From contig OZ260662.1 of NCBI GenBank assembly GCA_965285935.1, positions 25,420,001-25,484,000 of the forward strand: a DNA stretch of 64,000 nt. Direction: 5' to 3'. Positions 13,401-28,200 of the stretch are shown piece by piece. The translations under genes were made by a program, and so were the position numbers. The notes under the pieces are model-generated. The model was not told the DNA's origin. It was given only the letters and a program-made list of their open reading frames with translations, and did not search any database. This DNA is from Ophelia neglecta. Taxonomy: Eukaryota. How positions within the stretch are numbered: position 1 is the stretch's first letter; every line of letters starts with the position of its first letter.

Positions 13401-16400
13401 CAACTGCTGATTTAATACAGGAAGTTAGAAAGAAATCAATTGGGATCAATAATTTAAACATGTCTATGTTCCCCTTAAACAACAACATTGATTGTCTTTT
13501 TGCGGAGTAATTACCATTTGCTGCCTTCAAAAGGTTACATTTAGGTAACTAGCAATTTTAATCTATACCAAGCATTTACACTATTATAGCAAAATAAAAA
13601 CACATATCATGCATATAAACTGATTGATTGATTCCATGCATATATGAAAAAAGTATATGAATAAAAAGCATTGAGAAGCTAGCATGGCCAGAGTAATGAC
13701 AGACATATATTTGTTTCCAAAATTGTGCCTCTAAATGTACACTGGGAAAAATAAAATAAATAACAATGCAAATATTTAATTTATTTATTATAGTAAGATG
13801 TGACAAGTCATTTGAAAAAGGGCAGTTGACATAATGGCCGAAAAAAGGCACTGCAAAATTAATAACGTTAAATAAGTGGGTACAGATAAATTGTTTTCTG
13901 CCTTGATATAAGAAATAGTTGGAAACAGGCAGAACTAGACTGTTTGTACCCCACGTTGTCAAAGCCCTTTTTCTGTATTACTTAACATGTATCTGGGACA
14001 TGGTTTCTCATTTATTCTCATTTATCTTTTATTTGAAAGATATCAGGAAATACTTCAGGAAATCAGTAGACATATTCGAGGGGTACTGACTGGCATTGTG
14101 TTCTGTCGTATGCGCAGTGACCTACTTAGAAAACGAGAGAGGATCACTCGAAAAAACTGTGTTGAATTGTGTTGATTTCAAGAGTCATGTCTGCCTCATA
14201 TGCACAAATATTAATTCCTAAATGAATATAGTTAATAAATGAAGTTTGGGGGGATGGCAATGAAAAATTTTCAGCAAATTTTAACCTCCCCTCCTCCCCC
14301 CCCCCCCCCCGGAAAGATTTATTAATAAACCATGATACCCCCCTCATAAATTTTGACTTTATTAAAGGCCCGGGGGGGGGGGGGGGGGAGAAGCTTTGCC
14401 TTTTTACCACCAACATACTGAAATTGCAAGGACAACACATAAAAAAAGGTTGTAAAATAATTGAATGCCTCTCCCAAATTTTTTTTTTGGCCACTCCCCA
14501 ATTTGCATACTCCCCATTCCCTCCCTCCCCTATCCAATATGGCCGTCCTGTGCCATATTAGGGCCAAAAGGTACAAGTGGTGCGCACCGGCGGCAGTGGG
14601 CTGAACTGATTGTGCAGAAGGATTATTTCTCAGGCAAAATCAGTAATATATGCTCTTTGCCATGGCTATATAGTCCAAAAGAGGTTCAAATAGTTTGATA
14701 AGAACTCAAATGATATTTTCCTGGGTAAAGACAAATTGATTATATGGTTTTTAGATTTGATTTCTAAAATATTTTACACTTTAAACACCAACCAAAACAA
14801 AGCACCAGAAACATTTCCCCAAATATGTGTATTGCTTTTGGTTGCTTTCTGTTTTAGACAGAAAACAACAGGAGGACCACTTGAATGGAAAGTTTTGAAA
14901 ATCATTTTCTGTTGTTTTCTGTTGGTACCACTCGCGTGGCCCTAGTGTGAGAGTTATATATGCTAAACATAATCTGTGTATCCACATTCAGTGGCTGAAA
15001 TGTCTGTTGTGGTCAATGTTATGGAGCCCAGAAACATGAACTGATATATACTGTATGACTGCATGGCAACAGCACTGCCTCAATGATCACTTTATTAACT
15101 GTATAGCCTTAGAGTAATTAAATAATTTTCAAAATTACATATTAGGATTATTAATTAAAGTTGCATAATTGTTCTGCAAATGCCTGGTCATCAGAGGATC
15201 CAGTCCGTGATAAATACCTCAAATTTAAATTAATCTCCTTGTCCGGTTATGTAATTCATTGAACCGGTACTTTGCCAAGAAGTATAACAAAAAGACTCTG
15301 GTCACAGTGAATAACTAGAGCCAGGCAGCAACAAAACCCTAATGTCATTCAAGGAATGGCATGTTAGTGTATCGTACCAACATACAAATAGAAACCAGAG
15401 TACTCAGTAATGGTGTTCACAGACTGTGACCACGGGTCAAACATATAATGCTTGTCAGCCTGTTTACTGTCCACATGTGTACATAGAGCTGGAGCTAGTC
15501 AGTGTCGTAAAGTGTAATCCCCCACAAGGTGACCGAGCTTTGACGTCATCTGACAATAAGGTACATGTGTTTGTGTCCACAAAGGCGGGGGAACGGAATT
15601 GTGTTTTAATCAGTGCCTTCAGTCATTACTGAAAAACACAGTGCAAGCCCCCCCCCCCCCCCCCAATGATTCTACTAGCTTAATGCACTGAAACTAAAGC
15701 AAGACTGAAAAAAAGGTCATTTTGCTTGTAAAATGCTAGCTATAGAATGAGCTGCTAACTCCTTGTCAAGTTTGAGAATTCACCATCACTGCCCCCCCCC
15801 CCCCCAGCATCATTATGATATGTTAACATCTGCTTGGACTAGGCCCATATGACTCAGTTTGTTAGCCAGTTACTGTAGACACTGTTCCAATACAAAATCA
15901 CACAATGCCAATATATTTAAATACCAATTGCATAACTCACACAGCTGGCTTATCCTTCATGCACTCAGTACAACCTATTTGTCATAATCAATCACTCTTG
16001 AAGCCCATTCACAAATAGTATCTGAACAGTATTGTTTATTTATAGCTGGATGCATGATCCTACATACAAAAAATGTAGCCGCTTACATTATGTGACCGAA
16101 GAAAAAATGAAACAAATCCCTACTTCATTTTCAATGCCTAAAACCCTGAAAACCAAGCAAAAAGGGCCACAATGGAAAGATTTTGTCATAAAAAAGGAGG
16201 GTGAGTGTACAAAGAATACTGTAGCCAATAAGTACAAAACGCAACCTATGATTGGTTATTTTCCTTCATTTTGACCAATCACATCTAGCTTTTCTAATGC
16301 CATTGGTATACAGATTAATTATGGCAAATAAGCCTGCGTTGTGTTGTCTGGTTATTGTCTATCAAGAAACCAACATTAATAGCTGGGTATTTTTGAAAAA

Positions 16401-19400
16401 TGTCTATCTTGGACTAACAGGAATCTCTGGTAGTTTTATTTGAGAAAATAATGTGGTTCCATCTTAGAGGGCCAAGGGATCAGGGAGAACTGCTACGCTT
16501 GTTTTTGAGTCCACATAATATGTTAATCTCAGAATCCTAATTTTAAAAGAAAAATTTCCTGTGAAATATTATATGTATTAATCGCAGGAGTTTATTTCCT
16601 TGGAATTCTAATTTCACCAACATTAATTTCTGCTATTTTGGTACATTAATGAAAATCACAAAATTAAAGTACTGCAAAATAAATGACTGTTACAGTATAT
16701 TGACTGGAGTCAATATATCACTGTGGTATGCAAGGGATAAATGTGCCGAAAAAGCAGGATAACAAGGAAGGACATGAATATGGTGTTATTTAGTTGAAGG
16801 TTTTAATACAATACTTTATGACAATACTTTCTCACCTTTGTTAGTTCCATAGCCCACCATTGAGTATGATTTTCCTGAGCCAGTCTGTCCGTACGCAAAC
16901 AGAGAGCAGTTGTAGCCCTTCCAGGCATTGTCCAATACGCCTCGTCCCAAATCGTCAAACACTTTTTGCTAATTTGGAAAAAGATGAGTTATGGTATTAA
17001 AAAATATTTGTCAATGATCTGCAGCGTTTCTAGCCTATGAATAGACAATAACAACCCAGAAGATATTTGGCCTACAACATGAACATTTGGCTACTTTTTT
17101 ATATGTACATGTACAGCTAGTCTATAGGCCAATTTCGATTCCAAAACAGTTAAATTTGGGGGGAAATTATTTTAATAAATGTATGTATTGTTGTACAGTT
17201 ACTAAAACTAGTAAAGGTTTGTAAAAAAATTAGGCTCTCTAAAAAAAATTTGGCTTTCATATTTTGAGAAATAAAATCAGTCTATCAAGATCAGGCATCT
17301 CTCTTGTATATTTGAGGCTACTGCATAAAATAATTGGCTCCCAACATTTATTCCTGCTCCAGCCCCCACCCACCACCCCTCCCCTAACCCTAAATGAGCA
17401 TGTGTTACAATGACTTACATGACTAACACCCATTCAGGACAGAATAACGTGTCTTTGACATGAAATTACTTTTCACTTATTTTAAAGCTTTTAGACTTTA
17501 CCTGGTCAGCATATTTGCTATTAGTGGGTTCCAGGTAGCCATCAGCCCGCTCCTTGAAGCTGTCATGTGACCAGTACGAGTAATCAAAGGCAAACTTCTT
17601 AGGTTCACCCTTCATCTGTTCAGGATCTTTAATGGTTGTGGTGTTACCATTCATATCAATGATGACCACTGCATTTCGCTTCTTTTCACGGTCATTGTGC
17701 ACAGCAGTTAAGGATCATTCTATTTCAAAGCGGCATCACATATAAAACTTTGTAGATTCTCAGAGTTTTGTTCACAGATTGAAAACAATTTTTATCCTGA
17801 ATTTAATAACTGCTTGTAATCAAGTTTCATTTCATTTAAAAAATGTTCATCTTTAATGTGTATTACCATCACAACATTACCATAGATGGGCATAGATTAT
17901 TCATAATACTATAAAAGATTACATATCAGATGGTATCCAGGGACAGAAACTACAGCTCTAATTCATGTATCGATTTCAAGCAATTAGATGACCATCCATG
18001 TAGGTACACAGACAGGGGGTATTATGTTGTTAACATAGGGTTTATCAACTAATGGCTGAATCAATAACAACCCACAGCTATCTGCTTATATAGATATGTA
18101 TACTTTCATTGGGAATGAATCAATGGTGACCAAACAAATAAAAAGTAATATGAAATTATAGATTTTCCATATTCACTGAGCAACCAAGAGACCTCACACA
18201 GGTATACACACTAGAAATGACGGTGGTGTGTGTTTGTTGTATCTAAATATCATATGCCATGTCAAGTTGGTAAACAGAGTGGTCAAATGGTTTTGTAATG
18301 GGCCTTACTTATACATACAAAACACTTGATAGAGATCCAAGCTGTGATAAAACAAGACAACAATGCACATAAATGAGAGATATATTAGGTCAGGATGAGA
18401 ATTTATTATAGAATTCCATCAAAACTGGAACACTTAATAATTTTATGCAATTGCACTGGAAGTAATCAAGCTACATCGTTTCTCGTTGATAATTAATCAC
18501 TCTATAAATGTTATCGCTAGGAACATGATGTCTACTTACTACTAACTAGACTTATCTAAGCTGAAATGCGTAAATCATATCATATTTATTATCACTGTCC
18601 CTACAAAATATGCACAGCTGACATGATCTTGTCATCTGACCATTTGTGATAAAGTAAATTGAGGATTTTTGCCATTTACAGAGAGTTGAGCTGCTGAACA
18701 GAAAGTACGACTGATTCTCAACTGTCGGTGGATCAAATGGGGATATTGCAACCAATGTACAAAAAACGGTGTTTGCGTACATCATTTAGTATGCTTTTTC
18801 ACCATAAGAGAGTCCCCATTTTAATCTTTGTTTGAAAAAATTATAAACATGTACTTAATCTGCATACAATTGATCACAGCTGGCTACAGGACTATGCCCC
18901 TGATTTACTAGTACATGTGGCTGGTAAAGTTTGGGAGTAGTGACCTCAGTCCTCAGCTGAACCTTTCAATATTTATTCCATAAACAAGAGCATATTATAC
19001 ATTCGTGGAAATGCTAGATAGCTGAAAAAGGTAAACCATATTCAACTTGTCAAAAGTTTGCCAAGCTTATCTAATCTATAATAATCTAAAATATCATAGA
19101 AATGTTCCAAATTAACTATTTCACTGCACTGATTTTATATCCACAGGGGATGGAAGATTTAAAACATTTAGGCTCACGAGAGTACAGTCCCAAGTAAAAA
19201 AGTATTGTAGTTGTGTCATGCTAAACATCGAAACCGACCAAAACTGACATAAACCAAGTATAAATATCAGAAAAGGGGTGCCTAGGCGGGATCATTTGTA
19301 TGTTTTAAATCTAAAGATGTCCTATCTATAAAGCTGTCCTTTTTTTGGATGTGTTTTTTCTTTCTTCTAAATTATACGATTGCTGCCCCACATCTTTGTT

Positions 19401-20480
19401 AAAACTTTAAAGAGGAAGTAGTCAACTCTATAGAGCTGTGCTCATGCCTGATCTAAAGGGGTCATTATACACAAAAGGATGCACCACTCATATCACAATA
19501 ATAAGTGATATGAAAATGTCATAAAAAGGAAAAAATTTGCCAAAATAAGAATATCAAATGATTAGGAAGCAAATTTATACCATTGGGTTATATACACAAG
19601 TTGTTATATGCCCTAAATACCAATTGCATGCTTTTGGTCAGTTTTTGGTGAGTTTCAGTAGGATTCAATGTTTAGAATGACCGTTGTAGACTACATTTCA
19701 TGGAGGCATGGATGGACCCATCATGGACAAGTTTTAATAAAGCATCCCTCCGCCAAACCCTCCAAACAAATTTACAATGTATCATTGAGAGGAAGAACGG
19801 GACATAGGTGTATCATGTCCCTAATCATTAAAAAAAACTCTGAACATACCAAATTGCATAAGGGGAAAGAGCAAATACAATCTGGTACATGTTCGAGAAC
19901 AGAGTAGACTATATTCTGAATTGATGAAATATAGTCTTTAAATAAATTGGGAAATGAGTCTTTATATGAATGTGATAATAACACTCGTTCCAGCACAGAT
20001 TTAGATGAACATGTGAAGCCCTGGCCACAGACGTTGGGCATGTTTGCGATTCCAAAACAAAAACAAAAGTTCACATAGCCCTATATGTCCGAATGGGAGG
20101 CATAACATGGAATAATTTAGACAGTTGCGCTTAAGCAAATTTATCGAATAGTTTGGCAAAAAAAGAAAAATATGTGCTGACATACATAAAAATGTTTTGT
20201 TATGTGCAATAAATAATAAAATCGTGACTTTAATAGTGTACTATTTTTGGAACTTGAATGCGAGTGTAGTCCTAGACAACCACATGCGACAGATGTCAGA
20301 CTGTGAAACTACATGAAAGTAAGTGTAAACATTCAATCGCTTCTTAAGAAAAGTTATATACGAAAACAATGTAGGCTAATGCACTTATCTGCAAATGTCG
20401 AACAGTTTTTAGTGATCATATATTACAGAAAAGGATATGAAAGGCCGGACCCTCACTGCTACTTTGACTGCCTCCGCCAT
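1426..20480 (-). CDS. KIF28: Kinesin-3 family motor, KIF28/KLP-6-like (motor + neck coil + FHA); 3'-partial, continues beyond left edge
   Basis: Phase-consistent exons (minus): 20439-20480, 17502-17696, 16836-16968, 11775-11857, 11176-11293, 10898-11009, 10514-10621, 9879-10012, 7887-7957, 7043-7103, 6719-6889, 4758-4861, 4312-4426, 3855-3918, 3437-3568, 1426-1592 (~603 aa). Motifs: [30 protein letters not shown]-loop [28 protein letters not shown], switch I NATSSRAH, switch [36 protein letters not shown], then PHFWNLNED...IQPEHAVV...LHHNDRVLLG (kinesin-3 FHA region). KIF28 subfamily call is from recalled similarity, not a search. Confidence 0.9.
2400..2935. repeat. Degenerate interspersed repeat with internal ~153-bp duplication
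   Basis: ACTAGTTAACTTATTACAC occurs three times (2408, 2430, 2575). TAATTAATAATTATT...CTCTCAATAAG(G/A)TCTA(A/T)GGCTGTGT occurs at ~2709-2780 and ~2862-2932. Confidence 0.55.
4855..5385. repeat. 50-bp tandem repeat (~11 copies) abutting the kinesin exon 12 acceptor
   Basis: Unit AGAGCTGAAACACACAGTACAGGTCAGAGGTCATTCTTAAAATATCAACT, with GC(T/C)(G/A)AAAC recurring at 4861, 4911, 4961, 5011 and onward. Confidence 0.95.
7173..7666. repeat. 31-bp minisatellite (~16 copies)
   Basis: Unit GGATTATGGTAGTTATTGGCCAGGCCACTAG in kinesin intron 9. Confidence 0.95.
17697..20438 (-). other. U12-type (minor spliceosome) AT-AC intron, intron 1 of the kinesin gene
   Basis: Minus strand 5' end ATATCCTTTT (from 20438 down), branch site TCCTTAAC (17714-17707), then 10 nt TGCTGTGCAC ending in AC at 17697. 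Splicing restores the conserved VRVRPF|NDRE; no AG acceptor lies at the exon boundary. Confidence 0.93.
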
Positions 20481-22203
20481 GTTGTAAACTGTTAGTGGCT
20501 GTTCTGTCAACCTCTTCACTACAACCACCCCTCCGAAAAAGAATTTATATTATGTATTGTGCCAGCAGGTGGGGGCACAGTTTATGCGACCAGAGCGGCG
20601 GCAGTGCAGTCTGTTGGGAAAATGCATAACTAAAAACTTTGTTTCTTTTCAATATCCATACATGTACAATCATTTACATGTATACTATCTTTTGCGTTAT
20701 CTCTTAATCAGTGACTTATAAATGGATTTAACTTACCCCATGTAGTGTTTGTATGTTGCATCTTTCTTTTAGACTTTTGAGTACACCATTTTATGATAAA
20801 CATGTGCATCATTATCTGGAACCACTAAACTTGGTTTGGTTGTTCCAGATTATATATATATTATAACACAGAGCAAAATTCCTAATTTACTCCATCACAA
20901 ATATTGATTTCTTTTGATTCAAGGCACAGTTAATTTGACATCCAAGGGAAAAACTAATTCATTGCTCGGTACAGTATATTTGGAAATTTAATAATCATGT
21001 TGAAAGTTTACATAAAAAACATCTCACATTATCTACTCATTTAAAGCCAAGAAAAAAAGCATTGTTTTTCATTTTATTCATGTAATTCATTTTATTCATG
21101 TAAATCAAAGATATAATACGTCCACTGAATGTAAGAACAGTTAAAACAAGGGCTTCAATACTTAAGGATCATAAGAATAAGCAAACCATGCAGATTCTAA
21201 AAAGACAGGTTTTGTTAGCAGACTGATTTTGCTATTTGTGAGAAGTGTCTGGGGGAGGGGAAGGGGGGGGGGCTTGGAACACCCCCACCCACTCCCCCTT
21301 GGAGGAGCAGCACAACTATGGAGGGACCTATTTAGAAAGGGAGGGTTGTATGTGGGAGAGGTTAGAAAATGTGTCCCCCACCACCACCACCCCCTCTAGA
21401 TTTTAATTAGAATTAACCCCAGGGCATTGACAAGAAGTCATCTAAATTTCTGGCTTACAATTCACTTCACATCTTTATACTAGATATAAAAACGTAATAA
21501 CAAAATACATGAAATCATTCCTCATTTTAATGTCACAAAAACATTATTATTCCATGTATATACAAGAGATGAGGACTTTCACATTTTAACTCGTGATAAT
21601 TGTCTTTCAAGTATAGAAAGTATAAATACAAAAACCAATATACACAAATGGCTTAATAATTACAGTTTCTGTCTATTCTGATAACACACAATCACAAACA
21701 TTGTCAATGGATCAAAATTAATATAGAAAATACCAGTACTATTTAATTTATGCTGGAACGATGGAGTCTAATATAACAGCTTAATAATCATATCAAAAAT
21801 ATAAATATAAATTGGAATAACAACAATATCTTATTTATAAACACTAGGAAATAGTCAATAATATTACTTGGCTAAATCAAGCAGGTAAATAAGTAGTTGT
21901 AAAACATGCACATAAGATTACTGATACTGGCAGGGATGGAATTAACTACAAGGAAATTTGGACCGTCATATATTGCTGTTCCCTCTATATACTTGCATCC
22001 CTTTGGGTTGGTTGACTAGGAGATTTTACCTTACTTGTCTGACATTTATTTGGTATCAGGGCAAAAAACATGCATAATGTGTCACATGTAAAAGTACTTG
22101 TGTCAACATTCTGAATAAACAACTGTTAGCCCCGAAAACAGGCAATTATATATTCTTTCACTATTGGTTGTCAGTTTCTCTGTAGCTCTCTTTAGTAGCT
22201 TTG

Positions 22204-25200
22204 TTATTTGGATTCTGTAGATCTATGTCCCACCCATTTGGGTGTTGACACTGCTAGCGGGGACACTGTGTCCCTGCTAGGGGTGATGACAAGGGGAGGG
22301 ATCCTCTGATCATAGCCATGCTGGGCAGTGTCCACCAGGCACCTCTCACTGGTACCATCAGCAAACTGGCACAAAGTAAACATATCTTTTGTATCATCCT
22401 GACTATCAGAAAAATTCAAATTCTGGCCTTGGGTAATACTACTTACAATAAGTGAACAGTTGTCGAAGTCATTTTCAACTTTCACATTGTCTGTGTCAAT
22501 GCTGTTAGAGATAAAGATGGTGGTTTCTTCAAACATGCTGTCCATGGATGAATAAGTAGCTTCTAAAGCATCGACGTCTGGCTTCATATCTTCTGTTTTT
22601 ATAGTATCCTGAGACTCCAATAGGTGGCTCTGCTCACCATGCACATTTTGGATTTTTGGCTGGATGAGATGAATTCCTTTTGGGAGAACTTGTTTTCCTA
22701 CAGTTATCAAACAGTCTGCAGACTTTCCTTGAAGTGGGGTTATCAATGCTGGAGCTTCCACTGAGCTAGCCTCAGTAGTATTCACAGTTCCTTGAAGACC
22801 ACAAGACTCCGCGTGCACATGTTGACGGGGAGGTGTACAACTGTCTGCTGGGGTTGTTTGTGCCAAAACATTTGGTGTCAACACCTGCCCCGCGCCTGCC
22901 TCTGTAGGTTGATTCTGAGATACTGGAGATGTATTCACATGTGTCGGCATCCTGGTTGCATGGCTCACCACGTCTGGAGCTATCGCAGGCTTTAATGATT
23001 TGGCTGGCCTTCGCATTTTCCGCATTCTAATATAGTCTGGAGGAGGTTTACCTTCCCCGTGATATCTTCGTCGATGCATCTGTGATTAGAAAAATGAATA
23101 TAACACAAGAAATATCAAAATATGATAATGCAAAGATTAATAACTTTGAATTTAGTATTCCGTACAATATTTTACTATTTGACTTGTAGGAAACTTAATA
23201 ATATTAATACTTCGAAAGCACCTCACAGAATCAAAATTATCCTGTGATTAATTATATAAGGTGGGAGGGGGGGGGGTAACTAGTATAAAGAAACATTTAG
23301 TCCAAGCTGTAAGGGTATATTCCAATTGGTCTCCCCAGAGAGCTCTCCGCCTCTGCGCCTTAGAGGATGCAAATGGCATAGGTTCGGCCCGGAGGGATTG
23401 CAAATGGAATATGTTCGGAGAAACCTCACTCATCGCTCAAAATTATAAATTATAATACACATTATTTTCAGGAATAAATTTGCATTTGCTATTTAATATA
23501 CTACTTAATTCATGAAAGTTATTTTCCGTATAAAATATCAATCTTTAAAGCATGTCTAAAATTCGAGGCTTAATATTGGCAGTAAATAATTCACGGAATT
23601 TCTGGATAATGGTGTCTTCTGGGAAAACTCTCTGGGGACACTCACCTCTCCAGGGGAGTGCCCGGAGAGATCCAAAGAGGCTTTCTGGTCTGTTCCATTT
23701 TCATTCGCGAACTTATGGCTAATGGAATGACATTTCTATCGGCAGAGAGATATCCCGACATAAACTAGAATATACCCTATGCAATCACTAACAAGTGGGT
23801 TTTTAAGGCTATTTAAACAGATTAAACCTTGAGATTTCCCACTGAGTGGCTCTTTCTGGTGGCACTGTTAGGGTAAAAAACAAGGGTGGGTTGGCAAGTG
23901 GGGAGTGAGAGAGGACAAGGGTGGGTTCTCTTTAGGATATGGAAGCTTATTACAGTAAAGTTTTAAGAAGCATTACATACGCTGTAATAGTCTTTTAAAC
24001 GGAAGGCAATGTCACACTCTTCACACTTGTAGCGCTTTTCAACATCCCCATGAACTGAGCTTCTGTGGCGTCTCAAATTAGTCCTAAAAGGAAGTGCACT
24101 TAGTACAAACTAGTAGCTTAATATTCAGAATGTATGTAATCATGATAATTTTATCTGGACACAAATAATATACTAGTCTATGTTTTCATAAATTGTTACT
24201 ACTATTACAATTACAGCTCTTTACTATCATATACATTATATGCTTCTGCAAACAATTTTGTAGAAAATATTGGGAGGTTTCATCTCTTCAATTCAGGCTA
24301 GAAGTGTCACTAGAAAAGATTAATCTTGGGTGCCTATAAATAAAGTATTTCCTACTTTACAAAAAAAAAAGAAGAGTAATGAAGTTTTGTTGGGTAAGGG
24401 TTAGTGGAATTTTTTTTAGATTTTATTTAAGTTTAGTTAGGTAAATAAACAACTGTTGCTATGAGAAGGAAAAAGGTTTCTTTTCCAACACCCCCCCCCC
24501 CCACCCATATTACTAACTGACATAATATGTTTCTAACATACCTGTAAAGGTATGCCTTGTCACAGTGAGTACACTTGAAAGCACGTTTCTCTTCATGAAC
24601 AACTTGATGATCCCTGAGACCGCTTGTAGATGTGAACTTTTTACTACACAACTGCAAAATATTAAACATGTTTTAGGTATATGGAAGTTACTGACACCAT
24701 TTTTGTTCTATAGCATTAAAATTATGAACTTTGTCATTTGGTACCAGTGTCTCAGGGAATTCTAATAATCAGTATTAGTAATTTTAATTGTTCATTAAAT
24801 ACCAGCTAGTGAGACATACCTTGCACCCAAACTCTTGTTCTGAGTGTTTTTTCTTGTGTGAGATGAGAGTTTCCACTTGCTTGAACTTCTCTTGACATAT
24901 TTCACATTGGTAATCACGTCTGTCGCTGTGAATCTTGAGGTGGGCGGTGAGTTTGTGACGTGCCTAGCAGAAAAACATAGGACATAAATAAATATTTAAA
25001 TAAAGTTTATTTTGACTCAATAGATCCATTTGGAGCATGGAATGCGTAGCAGTTATTACATTTGAAGCTGCTGGTAACAATTCAGAGGAAATAAATCAAT
25101 AGAACAAGTTTGAAATTTGTAAAAAATTGTGCCACAGCCATATGAGCTTGATAATGGTAGCCAAATATTGGTTGATATTTTAAACTCAATTTCCCCTATT

Positions 25201-28200
25201 CAAGTTATTGATACCAAGCACCTTAAACTTAGCCAGGAAGATGCCTAATGACACTTGATTAAACCAGCAGTGATTCATTTAGAAATTTGATGGCATGTGT
25301 CCCCGGACTCAATGATGAAAAAAAAGGGTCCTCACTGTAGTTTTGAAGCCATCATTTAGAAATTAAGTGTGTCATGGGTCTCACTTCAGGGAAAAAATTT
25401 GAGTCCTTTTGGAAAATTACGAGTCAAAGGACTTGGGACTCATTGTTAAATGAATCACTGAACCAGGTTCAATTTTAGTAGGTGAATTAAAAGCTCCAAT
25501 ACCCTCCTGAGTCCAAGGTGAGGAGGACCAAGGACAGGCTATCATTCCTTCTTGGAGACAAAGTTCCTTAGCTTGGTTTTGACCATTTTGCCCATGTGTT
25601 TAGAGGTCAACCCAGACAACACTAGCTGGTTATAATACTTTGTGTATACGTATATCTGGATTATTTCTAACTGACATTTCATATATATTATTTATATTGT
25701 TGCGTGACTGGTGGGTCAGCAAAAGTTCAAAAAGGTATTTTAAATTCAACCAGTTTTATTTTAACAGCAATAAACTATGGTCATAGTTGGGGGTTTCTTA
25801 TGGCTGGCAGAGGCAAGGCAAGGCGCAATACTTAAATTTTCAAGTCCAGAAAATTTCAAGTCCCGAAACTTCAAAGTTAATAAAAATTTCTAATCTATTA
25901 CTAAAAGTCCTATATAGCTGTGATTTCTAAATAAGCTCGCATTTATATGGATGGCTGTAAGTTCCTAGTTGACAGTTCAATCACAGTTCTTGGCAAAATT
26001 CGAATTTTCGAATTTGGTTGAAAGTCAAACTTGAATTTTCGAATGAGGTATAAACTCGAATTTTCGAATGCAGGTATAAACCCGAATTTTCGAATGCAGG
26101 TATAAACTCGAATTTTCAAGTGCAGTGTTTACAGCCAGGACTTGAATTTTCGAGTTCTGACAGCTGAGTAACACATTTCTGTGAAAATTCTGTCAAGTTA
26201 CCAAACAGAACCAACAGAGCGAAAGAATAAACGTAATAAACGTCAACAGTTCAATTTGAATGTAAGAAACTGAAATATTCAGTATACTCAGCCTAGGCTG
26301 TATATTTGAAGCCAATTTGGCTTTTAAAATGGCATGTTTACCAAGTGAAGCGTCAGAGACAAACTTGAAAATTCGAATTACGCGCCCCCTTTTATAGTTT
26401 TCTGGCCAGCAGACGGTGCTGATATCCTAGCAACGCCACTATGATGTAGGTCGCAGGTCACATAAATTACGTAACACAAGGCCCACGAGATTTGGCACAA
26501 TACGCCAGTATCGCGGTAAAATGTACCTATTCATGTCGTATCTACTAAATTACGAGTGATAAATAAGTTCTTTGTCACCGGGAACCATTGCTTGCTTCAT
26601 GCCAAGAAATACACTAAAAGTTACGGCACCATCATGCAATGTTTAGTTAAGTGGGCCAAATGCCGGCGGCACATCCAGTCTTCTGTCAACGATACAGTTT
26701 GGAGCTACAAAGTTTGTTACAGCAATAAAAGTCTCAAGTGTTCTCGCTCAGGTAACAACAGTTTATTAAAGGTCATGAAACACGGTACACCACAATATTT
26801 TAACAAGTTTTCTTTGTAAGATCAGGCAGAAATGTTGTTCACTGTTTTATGGTGGACAAACACAACTAAACCTGAGCTTTGCAATGTAAAAAGGGCATCA
26901 AAATCCTTGTTACAGAAGAACTGTGGTAATTAAAGAGATATAATGTAAGCTCTTAATGGATACCAACTGTAATTTTTCAATTGAAAAGTTATTAATTCCA
27001 TGATTATTAATGTTCATATCACAAGGGAATGTGTATTGTAGCAGGGGCTGATGGACTATGACCAGCCTTGTGACGTCTGCTATGGACAAAAAATAGACTA
27101 CTAGATGGAAGGGCCCTGAACATAACATTTGGCGCTGTGGATGTGATTACTTCTGTCTACCAAAACTTTTACATCATTGTCTTGTTACAGTAAATTACAT
27201 CCTTGATGATAACTTAATCCTGTCCACTTTGAGCGGAGAATATGTAGTATAATTGTATTATTCTGTTGAACCATTACCTTAAACGCCTTATGGCAGATGT
27301 CACAGGTGAAGTTGCGTAGTTCTGAATGGGTCATCATGTGACTACGAAGGTTGTGCATCCCATGGAATCTCTTATCACAGATATTGCACTGGTAACCTTG
27401 AAAACCTATATAGGTACAAAGAAATAATATCATATATCATATCATATCATATACCCGCTATACTCATTCCCTTGTTTTCTGTCAAACTCTTGTCATTTCT
27501 GTCTAATGTTCCCAGGTATCTTTACAATTTCAACTGAAAGCAAGTTGAATACACTTTTGAGGGTCACTAAGCCTAAACAACCTCATGTACCAGCACTGTT
27601 AATGAGGATTCTGGCTCTGCTCACAGACAACAACAAAATGGCTGTGAGCAAGTTAATAAGATACATGCTATCTCACACAACTCAGAGTGAGGAGGAGACC
27701 ATGATCTGTGATTGTGCTGCATTTAGTTGTTCTGATACTATGGGCTCTCCCTTGTTTGATACAAGTACATATGTAACTAATGATTTACATTTAGTTTAAA
27801 TTTAAACACTTGTATTTAACACATAATAAACTATAATAATTCTGATTATGCCATATGGTACAATATGCAGGAGGAACCTTGTATCTTCTAAGAATATCCC
27901 ACATTGAATTATATGACTTGACTATCCTCAGTGTAGATAAATTAACAACATACCGAGGGGGCCCTCCTGTCCATGTGTCTTTCTCTCATGGATCTTCAGT
28001 TGACCAGACGTAACATAATCCTTCCCACATGTAGAACATATGTATGGCTTTAAGTCTCCATGTACTGCCCTCTGGTGGTACTGGAAATGCAAAGACTAGG
28101 AAATTCAATGCTTCATAAAATGTACCACAGTGTAAGGTTACTAACTAGGTGCCATACTTATAGTAGCTCTATATATATTCTCTATAGTTTACTGATACAT

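Noticed and set aside
17466-17702. ORF-track start MHNDREK as the kinesin N-terminus
   Set aside because: The start is a GTG inside the 3' end of the AT-AC intron; the real ATG is at 20480.
19668-20183. Overlapping 60-100 aa ORFs within the AT-AC intron
   Set aside because: No recognisable domain or supporting splice structure.
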